From positions 10,628 through 74,627 of the forward strand of contig JAMCWX010000072.1 in assembly GCA_023480885.1 (NCBI GenBank): 64,000 bases of DNA, given 5' to 3'. This DNA is from Chloroflexota bacterium. Lineage in GTDB: Bacteria > Chloroflexota > UBA6077 > FW602-bin22 > JACPRP01. Made by a program: the position numbers and the translations under genes. Under the pieces are notes generated by a model, which was not told the origin of the DNA, searched no databases, and saw nothing but the letters and a program-made list of their open reading frames with translations. Shown here piece after piece: positions 18,050 to 26,460 of this stretch; position 1 is the first letter of the stretch, and the number at the start of each line of letters is the position of its first letter.

Positions 18050-19189
18050 GTGAAAACAAGAAAAGCCGTCCTGGCGAAACCAGCAAAATTCGTCTTCAAA
18101 CCGGGTGCAGCCACGCTTCGGAAGGACGATTTGCCAGTTATGATCGAAAGATTGACCGCTGAGTACGATGTAGTTGCACCCGTTGTGAGAGATTTCTCAA
18201 TTGCTCTGGAGAAAATCAAGTCCGCGAACGAGTTGGCCAGAGGATATCGAGACGTCCAGTCGCCAGGGCGGTACGTCCTGGAGAAGACTGACGAGCCGAT
18301 GATCTTCACGTACGCCAATGGCCAGGAATCGCCGAAGAAGTTTATTCATCCCTCTCGACTGCTCATGTTCAAAGGCGCCAGGAAGGATGGCTTGTTCGAC
18401 GTAATCGAGGAAGATGAGCCGGAAAGAAAGCTCGCCTTTTTCGGCATACGTCCCTGCGACCGGCAATCGATCCTGGTGCTGGATCGGACGTACATCACGG
18501 ACCATCCTGACCCTTACTATCTGAGGCGGAGAGGAGACGCGTTTGTTGCCGTCGTCAACTGTACACGACCAGGAGCCACGTGCTTTTGTGCGTCGATGGG
18601 CACCGGACCCAAAGCAGATCGCGGCTTTGACATCGCGCTGACGGAGCTGGCGGACGCGTTTTTGATCGAGCCTGGCAGCCCGAAGGGAATGGCGATGATG
18701 AGCAAGTTGCCAACAAAGCCAGCTACCCAGGCTGAACTGAGTCAGGCAGGATTCTGGATCGAAGACGCCTTGCTTCATATGGGCCGGACATTGAATACGA
18801 CTGACCTGCCACAGATTCTGCTGCGCGAGCTGGACCATCCGCACTGGGACATCATGAAGGATTGGTGTGTGGGATGCACCAACTGCACGATTGTTTGCCC
18901 CACGTGCTTCTGCTATACGATTGCCGACAAGGTAGACCTTAGCCTGCAGTCGTTCAAACGCGAGCGTTACTGGGATTCGTGTTTCTCCTGGCAATTCACC
19001 GAGGTTCACGGCTGCAACTTCCGCGAGAACCTCAGGCAGCGCTATCGCCACTGGGTATGCCACAAGCTCAGTTACTGGGTTGAACAGTACGGAGTCTTTG
19101 GCTGTGTCGGCTGTGGGCGCTGCATCACCTGGTGCCCAGTGGGAATCGACATCGTCGACGTCGCTACCACCGTTCGGGGAGGTGTCTAA
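18050..19189 (+). CDS. hydB: Group 3b [NiFe]-hydrogenase (sulfhydrogenase) beta subunit, 4Fe-4S
   Basis: [40 protein letters not shown]. Confidence 0.88.
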   Translation: MKTRKAVLAKPAKFVFKPGAATLRKDDLPVMIERLTAEYDVVAPVVRDFSIALEKIKSANELARGYRDVQSPGRYVLEKTDEPMIFTYANGQESPKKFIHPSRLLMFKGARKDGLFDVIEEDEPERKLAFFGIRPCDRQSILVLDRTYITDHPDPYYLRRRGDAFVAVVNCTRPGATCFCASMGTGPKADRGFDIALTELADAFLIEPGSPKGMAMMSKLPTKPATQAELSQAGFWIEDALLHMGRTLNTTDLPQILLRELDHPHWDIMKDWCVGCTNCTIVCPTCFCYTIADKVDLSLQSFKRERYWDSCFSWQFTEVHGCNFRENLRQRYRHWVCHKLSYWVEQYGVFGCVGCGRCITWCPVGIDIVDVATTVRGGV

Positions 19190-20022
19190 TGGCAAACCCT
19201 CTAATGCCCTTGCCTGCGCAAATCATCGACGTTGAGACAGAAGGAAAAGACACACTGACCTACACTCTCGCTTTCAAAGACAAGGAAGTTCAGAGGCAAT
19301 ACCGTTACAAGGCTGGCCAGTTCAACATGGTTGGCTTTTGGGGCGAGGGGGAAGCGCCTATCTCGATGAGCTCGGACCCGGCGGAACACGGTTACTTCCA
19401 ACACACCGTGAAGGTGCTGGGGAACATAACTAGATCGATGGGCCGTCTGAAGGAGGGCGACATCATAGGCGTGCGCGGCCCGTACGGAACTTGCTGGCCT
19501 TTGGAGGAAGCCGCCGCAAGAGACATCTTGATCGTAGCTGGCGGCATAGGCTTTGCCCCACTGCGACCTGTCATCGAACACATAATTGGCAATCCTAGCG
19601 TCTACGGCAAGTTGACCGTGCTTTTCGGTGCAAAGACGCCGCAGGACATCCTGTTCACGCGAGACTTTGATCGGTGGCGGTCGAGGCCTAACGTCGAGCT
19701 CGTGCTGACAGTCGACCGGGTTGACGGGCAGAAATGGGAACACAACATAGGCGTGGTACCAACCTTGTTCGAAAAAATCAAGCTGGATGCCAAGAACACT
19801 GTCGCTATGCTTTGCGGCCCCGAGATAATGCTGCGCTTTTGTCTCGTCGATCTGATCAAGCGCGGCTTTCCGATGAATCAGTTGTTCATTTCGATGGAAA
19901 GGCGGATGAGCTGTGGCACGGCACAATGCGGCCACTGCTTCTTTGGACCAAAGTTCGTCTGCCGTGACGGGCCAGTGTTTCGGTTCGCCGAAGTCTACGA
20001 CTTGATGGGAAAGGGGGTATGA
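19189..20022 (+). CDS. hydG: Sulfhydrogenase gamma subunit, FAD/NAD(P)-binding with 2Fe-2S
   Basis: GQFNM, RGPYG, AGGIGFAPLR, CGPEIM, MSCGTAQCGHC...VCRDGPVF. Confidence 0.9.
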   Translation: MANPLMPLPAQIIDVETEGKDTLTYTLAFKDKEVQRQYRYKAGQFNMVGFWGEGEAPISMSSDPAEHGYFQHTVKVLGNITRSMGRLKEGDIIGVRGPYGTCWPLEEAAARDILIVAGGIGFAPLRPVIEHIIGNPSVYGKLTVLFGAKTPQDILFTRDFDRWRSRPNVELVLTVDRVDGQKWEHNIGVVPTLFEKIKLDAKNTVAMLCGPEIMLRFCLVDLIKRGFPMNQLFISMERRMSCGTAQCGHCFFGPKFVCRDGPVFRFAEVYDLMGKGV

Positions 20023-20026
20023 ACTG

Positions 20027-20809
20027 ATGTCAGCCAAACCTAAGCTTGCGGTATGGAAATTCTCCTCCTGCGACGGCTGCCAGTTGTCGATTCTCGACTG
20101 TGAGGAAGAGCTGCTCGACCTGGTTGGCTCGTACGAGGTTTCGTACTTCCTCGAGGCCAGGAGGGGTTTCGACCCCGGCCCGTATGATGTTTCACTGGTC
20201 GAGGGATCGGTGAGCACGCCCGAGGAAGTCGAACGGATCAAGATGGTTCGCCAGCAGACGAAGTACCTCATTCCTTTCGGCGTCTGCGCCACGTGGGGAG
20301 GCATCCAGGCGCTGCGCAATTGGTCCGATGCGGAGAAGATGAAAGCGATGGTCTATCCCAAAGCTGAGCACGTGAAGGCGCTGCCTACCTCGACTCCCAT
20401 CTGGGCTCACGTCCCGATTGAATATGAGCTTCAGGGCTGTCCTCCCAATCGCCACCAGTTGGTCGACCTCTTGGGGAAGTTACTGTTGGGGCAGCAGCCG
20501 CGTTTGCCGACGAACAGCGTGTGTCTCGAATGCAAGCGCAAGGGGAATATATGCGTGCTCGTTGCCCAGAACATGCCCTGCATGGGACCAGTTACGCACG
20601 ACGGCTGTGGCGCCCTTTGTCCCACGTATAACACTGGATGCTACGGTTGCTTTGGCCCGATGGACGACCCGAAGCCTGAGCGATTTGCCAGGGAACTAGA
20701 AGTGCGGGGGATGCGCGGGCCAGACATAGTCAGGGAGTTTAAGCGCATTACCAGCTATGCTGATGGCTACAGGAAGGGAGCAGAGCTTTATGAGCGAGCG
20801 GCGCATTAA
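20027..20809 (+). CDS. hydD: Sulfhydrogenase delta (small) subunit
   Basis: KFSSCDGCQL, EGSV, GVCATWGG, GCPP, SVCLECK...CMGPVT..GCGALCP...CYGCFGP. Confidence 0.9.
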   Translation: MSAKPKLAVWKFSSCDGCQLSILDCEEELLDLVGSYEVSYFLEARRGFDPGPYDVSLVEGSVSTPEEVERIKMVRQQTKYLIPFGVCATWGGIQALRNWSDAEKMKAMVYPKAEHVKALPTSTPIWAHVPIEYELQGCPPNRHQLVDLLGKLLLGQQPRLPTNSVCLECKRKGNICVLVAQNMPCMGPVTHDGCGALCPTYNTGCYGCFGPMDDPKPERFARELEVRGMRGPDIVREFKRITSYADGYRKGAELYERAAH

Positions 20810-22091
20810 GATTGATTACCTGGCCAGAGTGGAGGGAGAGGGCGCTCTAGACATCAAGGTATCGGACGGCAAAGTCGAGGATGTCAAGCTGGCCATCTTC
20901 GAGCCGCCGCGATTGTTCGAAGCGTTTCTGGTCGACAGATCCTATGACGAGTTGCCCGACCTGACCGCGCGCATCTGCGGCATATGCCCGGTCGCGTACC
21001 AGATGAGCGCGGTGCACGCCGCGGAAAAGGCATTTGGCGTAAAAGTTGGGGGTTCAGTGCGGCAATTGCGCCGGCTGTTCTACTGTGGTGAGTGGATTGA
21101 AAGCCATACGCTGCACATCTATATGCTGGCGGCTCCGGACTTCCTGGGCTACGACAGCATCATCTCGATGGCCAAGGACTTCCCCGAAGAAGTGAAGCGC
21201 GGCTTGCGGCTGAAGCGAGTCGGCAACGAAATCGTCGCCACGCTTGGAGGCAGAGAGATTCATCCCATTTCGGCGTGCGTCGGCGGGTTTCATAAGACAC
21301 CTTCGCAGGAGGCTCTCGCTCCATTAGCTGAGAAACTGAGACAGGCCAAGCAGGACGCCTGGGACACCGTTCTATGGGCGGGTTCGTTGGATGCCCCTGA
21401 TTTCACTCGCGACATCGAGTTTGTCGCGCTGTCGCACCCTGACGAATATCCTATGAACGAGGGTCGGCTAGTGTCGAGCCGGGGCTTGAACGTTGAGCAG
21501 GAGGAGTTCGAGCAATACTTCCAGGAATACCAGGTGCCGCATTCCAATTCGCTGCAGTCGGTAGCTTTGGGCAACCGCGCTTACTTTGTCGGTCCGTTGG
21601 CCAGGGTGAATCTTAACTTCGACCGGCTATCGCCAGTGGCCCAGGACGCTGCGCATAGGAGCGGGGTTAAGTTCCCTAACAAGAATCCCTTCGCGAGCAT
21701 CGTCGGCAGGGCAATCGAGGTTCTGCACTGCGTGGACGAGGCGCTGTCCATTATCGAGTCCTACAAGCCTCCCAAGAAATCCATAGCTGATTTCAAGCTC
21801 CGAGCGGGCATTGGCGCAGCCATCACCGAGGCGCCCAGAGGCATTCTTTATCATCGCTACCGATTCGACGATCAAGGATTGATCCGTGAGGCCAAGATCG
21901 TGCCCCCAACCGCGCAGAACCAGCGCCAGATCGAGGAGGATTTGCGGGAGTTCGTGCCCACGCTCTTGCACCTCCCGCAAGACGAGATGACGCGCCGGTG
22001 CGAGTGGGAGGTGCGCAACTACGATCCCTGCATTTCGTGCTCGACGCACACGCTCAAAGTGAGAATAAATAGGGATGGAGAGGCGAGGTAA
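20790..22091 (+). CDS. hydA: Group 3b [NiFe]-hydrogenase large (alpha) subunit
   Basis: ARVEGEG, L1 motif RICGICPVAY, EAPRG, L2 motif DPCISCSTH followed by a C-terminal extension. Confidence 0.93.
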   Translation: MSERRIKIDYLARVEGEGALDIKVSDGKVEDVKLAIFEPPRLFEAFLVDRSYDELPDLTARICGICPVAYQMSAVHAAEKAFGVKVGGSVRQLRRLFYCGEWIESHTLHIYMLAAPDFLGYDSIISMAKDFPEEVKRGLRLKRVGNEIVATLGGREIHPISACVGGFHKTPSQEALAPLAEKLRQAKQDAWDTVLWAGSLDAPDFTRDIEFVALSHPDEYPMNEGRLVSSRGLNVEQEEFEQYFQEYQVPHSNSLQSVALGNRAYFVGPLARVNLNFDRLSPVAQDAAHRSGVKFPNKNPFASIVGRAIEVLHCVDEALSIIESYKPPKKSIADFKLRAGIGAAITEAPRGILYHRYRFDDQGLIREAKIVPPTAQNQRQIEEDLREFVPTLLHLPQDEMTRRCEWEVRNYDPCISCSTHTLKVRINRDGEAR

Positions 22092-22114
22092 CGAGGGCGA
22101 TTCTGCCGCTTGGC

Positions 22115-22180
22115 GGGCGCAATTCATTGCGCCCCTACACGAAGGACGCCAATAATGTAGGGGCGCGATTTATCGCGCCC
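22115..22180. repeat. Inverted pair of GTAG-family REP palindromes (REPIN-like)
   Basis: GGGCGCAATTCATTGCGCCCCTAC (22115-38) and GTAGGGGCGCGATTTATCGCGCCC (22157-80). Confidence 0.75.
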
Positions 22181-22220
22181 GAGAGCCCGGGCGAGTGACT
22201 AAAGCTCAATGCCTGCTGCG

Positions 22221-23522
22221 CTAGGGCTCATTTATTTTGCACCAACGCAAGTCAACCTTAGATTCAGCAAACGTCGGCACAAACTCGGCTCTCGAGTTCA
22301 CGATGCGGTTCCCGAGACGTGAATAACAGCCCGCCCATTTCTCGCTTGCGACGTAGCCCCCCACTGTGGCCAGCCGCATCCTCTGCACCGGGCGTCCCTG
22401 CCAGTCCCATCCGACTGAGGTGAGCGGTGCGGTCTCCACAAACTGTTGGACGATGAAAGTGCCCCATTTCCTGCACTGCTCCCAATCGGCATCAGACATA
22501 GCGTCGCCGAAGTATACCTCGTCGCCTTCGCGGCCGAACACCTGCTTCACGACCGTCTTGTTGAGATCGACGTCTCCTGGCAAATCCCGAACCCACCAGG
22601 TCGGTGGCAAGTGCCGCTTGATGGCCTCTTGCTCTTCAGGCGAGAACAACGGCTCGTCTCGCCGTGCCCAAATCCAGGCGAGCAGACCTTTGTTTTGGAG
22701 AAGCATTCCGCGTAGCCCGTTCAAGAGCGTCAATCGTCCAGAGGTGACGGCTTCAACTATCGTATAGAACTGTGGCAGCGCCAGCATCGCCTCGTAAGTA
22801 ACGTAGCGGTAGAGAGCGTCGATGGGTTGCCCGACAAGCGATACCCTTCCGCCACGAGATTCACGAAGGTTGTCGATGTCTCCCAAAACGGTTTCGACGC
22901 CATCGGCAGCCAATGTGGTGCGAATAAGCCGCTCGGTGTAAGCCATGTGGCCAGTGTCTTCCTTGTCAGAGGCATCGGTGAGCAGTCCGAGGCGGACCGG
23001 GCGCCTGTCGGACTGCAAAGCGGCGCCGATAGCGGCTAGCCTCCGTGCTGCTAGATCGCCGTTGACGCGTGCCCCCTTGAAGTAGGGCCGAAGCAGTTCA
23101 AACGCCACCTCGTCAACCGCCGTCGCTTCACGAAAGCCCGCGGGTGTATCGCAATTGTACTCTAAGAGCTGCCAGCGGCTTGAGCTATCGAGCAGAAAAT
23201 CGAAACGCCCGAAGACGACTGGCCTTGGTGGTTCCTGGTGCAGTAGCTCGGCGAAGCTCCACGGAAAGCCGAAAGCCAGCAGCGTGTCCACATCTTCCGC
23301 GACGTGCTGGCCGGCGATGGCGAAGACGCGGGCCAGACGGGTTGAAAGCTCTGCCAGTGAGGCCAGCTCGGATTGGCTGAGAATCAACGCGTTCAAGCTC
23401 AGATAAGGCCCGTCGCTGCTCACTGTTGTGCCAGCCATACAGCCGCGGAAAAGGGCGCGACGAAAGAAGCGTCGGTACAAAGAAGGCGATATCTCGTTCG
23501 GCCGGTCAAACAGCACTTTCAT
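22221..23522 (-). CDS. Glutathionylspermidine-synthase-like ATP-grasp ligase (YgiC/YjfC-like)
   Basis: GRFDFL, LLEYNCDTP, QNKGLLAWIW, VKQVFGREG, IVQQF; ATG at 23522 avoids overlap with the upstream gene. Confidence 0.88.
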   Translation of the reverse strand: MKVLFDRPNEISPSLYRRFFRRALFRGCMAGTTVSSDGPYLSLNALILSQSELASLAELSTRLARVFAIAGQHVAEDVDTLLAFGFPWSFAELLHQEPPRPVVFGRFDFLLDSSSRWQLLEYNCDTPAGFREATAVDEVAFELLRPYFKGARVNGDLAARRLAAIGAALQSDRRPVRLGLLTDASDKEDTGHMAYTERLIRTTLAADGVETVLGDIDNLRESRGGRVSLVGQPIDALYRYVTYEAMLALPQFYTIVEAVTSGRLTLLNGLRGMLLQNKGLLAWIWARRDEPLFSPEEQEAIKRHLPPTWWVRDLPGDVDLNKTVVKQVFGREGDEVYFGDAMSDADWEQCRKWGTFIVQQFVETAPLTSVGWDWQGRPVQRMRLATVGGYVASEKWAGCYSRLGNRIVNSRAEFVPTFAESKVDLRWCKINEP

Positions 23523-23542
23523 TAAGCGATCCCACTGTCCCC

Positions 23543-24169
23543 CTATATCGGCGGCACCCACACGCGTGTAACTGCCAACCCTGCTCGCGATAGCTCTCCT
23601 GTGATGTACTCCACGTCTTCTGGCGCATGATGGTAGTGAGCCGCGACACCTACCGCTTCGACTCCCCATTCCAGCAGCATCCTGGCCGATGGCAAATCAT
23701 CCGTCGAATACACATAACGATTGTCGAACTTGTGCTCGACGGCGTCGGGGTGTGGCAAAGTCTGCCGCTCGGCGTCGAGCAGGAACACTATGCCGCGAGG
23801 CTCGGCTGGCGGGCGGAGTTCGGCGGATAACCAGATGAGTTGGGCCAGAAGAGAGTCAACTGGCAGAGCAGGCCGCTCCGTTGGCCAACGAGACATAACT
23901 GGGACCACCAGCCAGCGTTCCTCGTGGAATGCTAGCGTAGTAGCCAGTCCCAGGTCCGGTGGAAGGTCGAGCAACAAAGCGACCCTGCCTCGCGCCGAAT
24001 CGAAGAACGGCAGGATCGATCGCTCGATGGCTGTTCTTGCTGCGTCGAGTGGCAGGGGAGCGCGGTGGCGTGAGGTGTGCACGAGGAAGGGCATCGCGGC
24101 TACGTATTGCCAGAATGGACCGGCGGCCCTCGTCCAGGCGAGGTACGCCCTCAACTCAGCGCGGGACAT
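23543..24169 (-). CDS. Hypothetical alpha/beta protein
   Basis: 208-aa ORF inside the operon; LLDLP, FLLDAER, FDNRY...DDLPS. Confidence 0.75.
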   Translation of the reverse strand: MSRAELRAYLAWTRAAGPFWQYVAAMPFLVHTSRHRAPLPLDAARTAIERSILPFFDSARGRVALLLDLPPDLGLATTLAFHEERWLVVPVMSRWPTERPALPVDSLLAQLIWLSAELRPPAEPRGIVFLLDAERQTLPHPDAVEHKFDNRYVYSTDDLPSARMLLEWGVEAVGVAAHYHHAPEDVEYITGELSRAGLAVTRVWVPPI

Positions 24170-24368
24170 CGGATCGGGAATCCAACTGGTCTAGTTGCTT
24201 CTCGCTTTCGGTCAAGATCGACCAGAGCTCGCGTCGTTCCACGTCTCGCATGTGGGGCAGCAGAGTCAACCAGCGCTTCTTCAGCACTGGATCGAGAAAC
24301 CGAGTCTTGCGAACAGCCTCGGCGATGGTCTTGGTATCCAGTTGGTCTCGGTTTGCTCCTTGTGACAT
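24156..24368 (-). CDS. Small helical hypothetical protein (70 aa)
   Basis: Fills the operon gap, overlaps the next gene by 14 bp, amphipathic composition. Confidence 0.65.
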   Translation of the reverse strand: MSQGANRDQLDTKTIAEAVRKTRFLDPVLKKRWLTLLPHMRDVERRELWSILTESEKQLDQLDSRSDVPR

Positions 24369-24400
24369 GGCAACGCCTTCACGCGGTCAATTATATCCGA

Positions 24401-25486
24401 TTACGACGAGCTTTTGCTCGAGCTTCCACCCTTCCCTGATGAGAACCCACTCGAACTCGGGGCTTTGACCCCAGACGATCCGCCTGACTTGCCGGTTGCT
24501 GCCGAGCCAGACCCTGTGCCACTGCTCATTCCAGAGGTAGCGCGGCCCGATTTGCCAGACACCGCGGATCCTGAGCCGGTGCCGCGATTCATCCCCGAAA
24601 CGGCGCTGATAGTCCGCTCGCCGAAGGGCTTCGGCGAGTCCGAGGGCACGCTCCCGCGTAAGGGCTGGTTTGCGGCGATGTCTGATCCGCTCGGCGGATC
24701 GCGAAAGGCAGGACGAGAGGCCGTGGGGTCGGTCCTGGGCGCGGAGTTAGTCCAGATTACCATCGGGTACCATGGCGAGTGATAATAGCCGAAGTACCCC
24801 GGATAATAGCTGTGGTAGACGTAGCGGTTGCTGGAGTCTGGCGTTGGCGTGGGCGTTCCTGTGCCCGACGTTTGGCCCGATGTAGTCTGCTCGCCAGGCC
24901 AGACGAGCGAGACTGGAACGTCAGGAGGCAGCGCCAGCACCGGCTCGCCTTTATCCGTGATCGAAAGCTCGGTTTGATCGCCTGTAGCCTGAACGAGTCG
25001 CAGCCCTGTGACTGAGGCCGTTTGGTAATTATTGCTTTGCGGATCGAACCAGTCGAAGGAGTAAATGCCCCGGTGGTCGCGGGTGACGCTTTCTGGCTTG
25101 ACCTTATACTTCTGTGAGCTGTCCTTGGGCAGCCCCTCGGATATCTCTGCCGTTAGCTCAGGGGTTTGGTCGACCACGATTTGGTCGCCGTCCGGCGGAG
25201 ATGAGTCGGTTTGGCTATCGACGTCGTCGCAGGCCACCGTAAAGAGCGCCAGCATTCCGACGACGACCAACGATGCGACCAGGCGTATCTGTTGGGCGGC
25301 CTTATGTCTCAAGGAGTTTCCGACGCGGTTGCTGAGGTCGTGAAGCCTGCTGAGCGCGTTTTTGGCAAGGGCTCGATGGGCAGGACTCTTCTGGACGATA
25401 TCCTTGATAAAGGCTAATGACCGGTTGCGCCGGGAGGCGGCACGCCGTGAAGCCTGCCTTGCTCGCTGTCTCTTCCCGTTACCCAT
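24401..25486 (-). CDS. Putative lipoprotein with a Gly/Ser/Lys-rich repeated tail (DUF1190/YgiB-like architecture)
   Basis: GGAGG RBS, long basic N-region, hydrophobic stretch, lipobox-like TVA-C, Tyr-rich segment, tail SSSGFSSGKGG. Confidence 0.78.
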   Translation of the reverse strand: MGNGKRQRARQASRRAASRRNRSLAFIKDIVQKSPAHRALAKNALSRLHDLSNRVGNSLRHKAAQQIRLVASLVVVGMLALFTVACDDVDSQTDSSPPDGDQIVVDQTPELTAEISEGLPKDSSQKYKVKPESVTRDHRGIYSFDWFDPQSNNYQTASVTGLRLVQATGDQTELSITDKGEPVLALPPDVPVSLVWPGEQTTSGQTSGTGTPTPTPDSSNRYVYHSYYPGYFGYYHSPWYPMVIWTNSAPRTDPTASRPAFRDPPSGSDIAANQPLRGSVPSDSPKPFGERTISAVSGMNRGTGSGSAVSGKSGRATSGMSSGTGSGSAATGKSGGSSGVKAPSSSGFSSGKGGSSSKSSS

Positions 25487-25636
25487 CTTTGTCCTCCGCA
25501 ACAGCCTGCGATTGCCGCTCGGTAAGTCGCCGGTGGCGCCAGGAGCGCCGCGCTTGGACCATAGTATAGCTTATTTCGTGCCTGGATGCTAGAGGGTTGG
25601 GCGCTTAGAGTTACCCAAGACGCGGCATCTGCATCC

Positions 25637-25665
25637 TTGACTTTTCCTGGCTTAATTACTATCCT
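25637..25665 (+). promoter_or_regulatory. Probable sigma70 promoter of the tlyA-nadK-recN operon
   Basis: TTGACT, 17 bp spacer, TATCCT. Confidence 0.5.
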
Positions 25666-25689
25666 ATGTCTTGGAGAGGCATACAGGCA

Positions 25690-26460
25690 ATGGGCAAGGC
25701 GCGCTTGGACGTTGCGCTCGTCGAGAAGGGACTGGCCGAGAATCGATCGAAGGCCCAGGCGCTCATTCTGGCTGGCAGCGTCCTCGTGAACGGGCAACCC
25801 GCGGATAAATCAGGAACGATGGTGCAGGACGATGCACAAATCGAGGTTCGGCCTGCGCCGCCCTATGTGAGCCGTGGTGGCGTCAAGTTGCAGAGGGCGC
25901 TCGACCACTTCAATCTGGTGGTGAGCGGCCTTGTTGTGATTGACGTTGGGGCGTCAACCGGCGGCTTCACGGACCTCCTGCTCAAACGTGGTGCCGGGCG
26001 AGTCTACGCTATAGATGTGGGATACGGCCAGCTCGACTGGCGTCTGAGAAATGATCCTCGTGTCGTGGTAATGGAGCGTACCAATATTCGCTACCTGGAA
26101 AGTCTGCCCGAGGTTGCGGACGCTGCCACTGTTGACGTATCATTCATTTCGCTTGCCGTCGTGCTGCCTGCTGTCATCCGCCTTATCAAGCCTGACGGCT
26201 GGATAGTGGCTCTGGTCAAACCTCAGTTCGAGGCGGGGCGCGAACAGGTTGGCAAAGGTGGCGTTGTAAGAGATCCCGAAGTCCATCGCCAGGTGCTCGA
26301 GAAGCTGGTCGATTGGGCGCAGATCAACGAGATCAAAGTTCTTGGCCTCACGCCTTCGCCTATCAAGGGGCCTGCGGGAAACAAGGAATTCCTCCTGCTC
26401 CTGTCGAAGGTCGGCAAGGAGATCGATGTCGATAGGGCTGTGAAAGAGGCAGTGTTGTAA
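25690..26460 (+). CDS. tlyA: TlyA-family rRNA 2'-O-methyltransferase
   Basis: S4 domain [38 protein letters not shown]. Confidence 0.95.
   Translation: MGKARLDVALVEKGLAENRSKAQALILAGSVLVNGQPADKSGTMVQDDAQIEVRPAPPYVSRGGVKLQRALDHFNLVVSGLVVIDVGASTGGFTDLLLKRGAGRVYAIDVGYGQLDWRLRNDPRVVVMERTNIRYLESLPEVADAATVDVSFISLAVVLPAVIRLIKPDGWIVALVKPQFEAGREQVGKGGVVRDPEVHRQVLEKLVDWAQINEIKVLGLTPSPIKGPAGNKEFLLLLSKVGKEIDVDRAVKEAVL

Noticed and set aside
18197..20319. Long antisense ORFs (332 and 372 aa) opposite the hydrogenase genes
   Set aside because: Shadow ORFs expected from GC-rich codon bias; no motifs
20790..22091. Possible selenocysteine ([NiFeSe]) hydrogenase
   Set aside because: L2 motif is DPCISC with ordinary Cys codons and no in-frame TGA
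23523..23669. N-terminal 49-aa extension of the ATP-grasp ORF in the track
   Set aside because: Overlaps the upstream gene; ATG at 23522 has a purine-rich RBS and fits better
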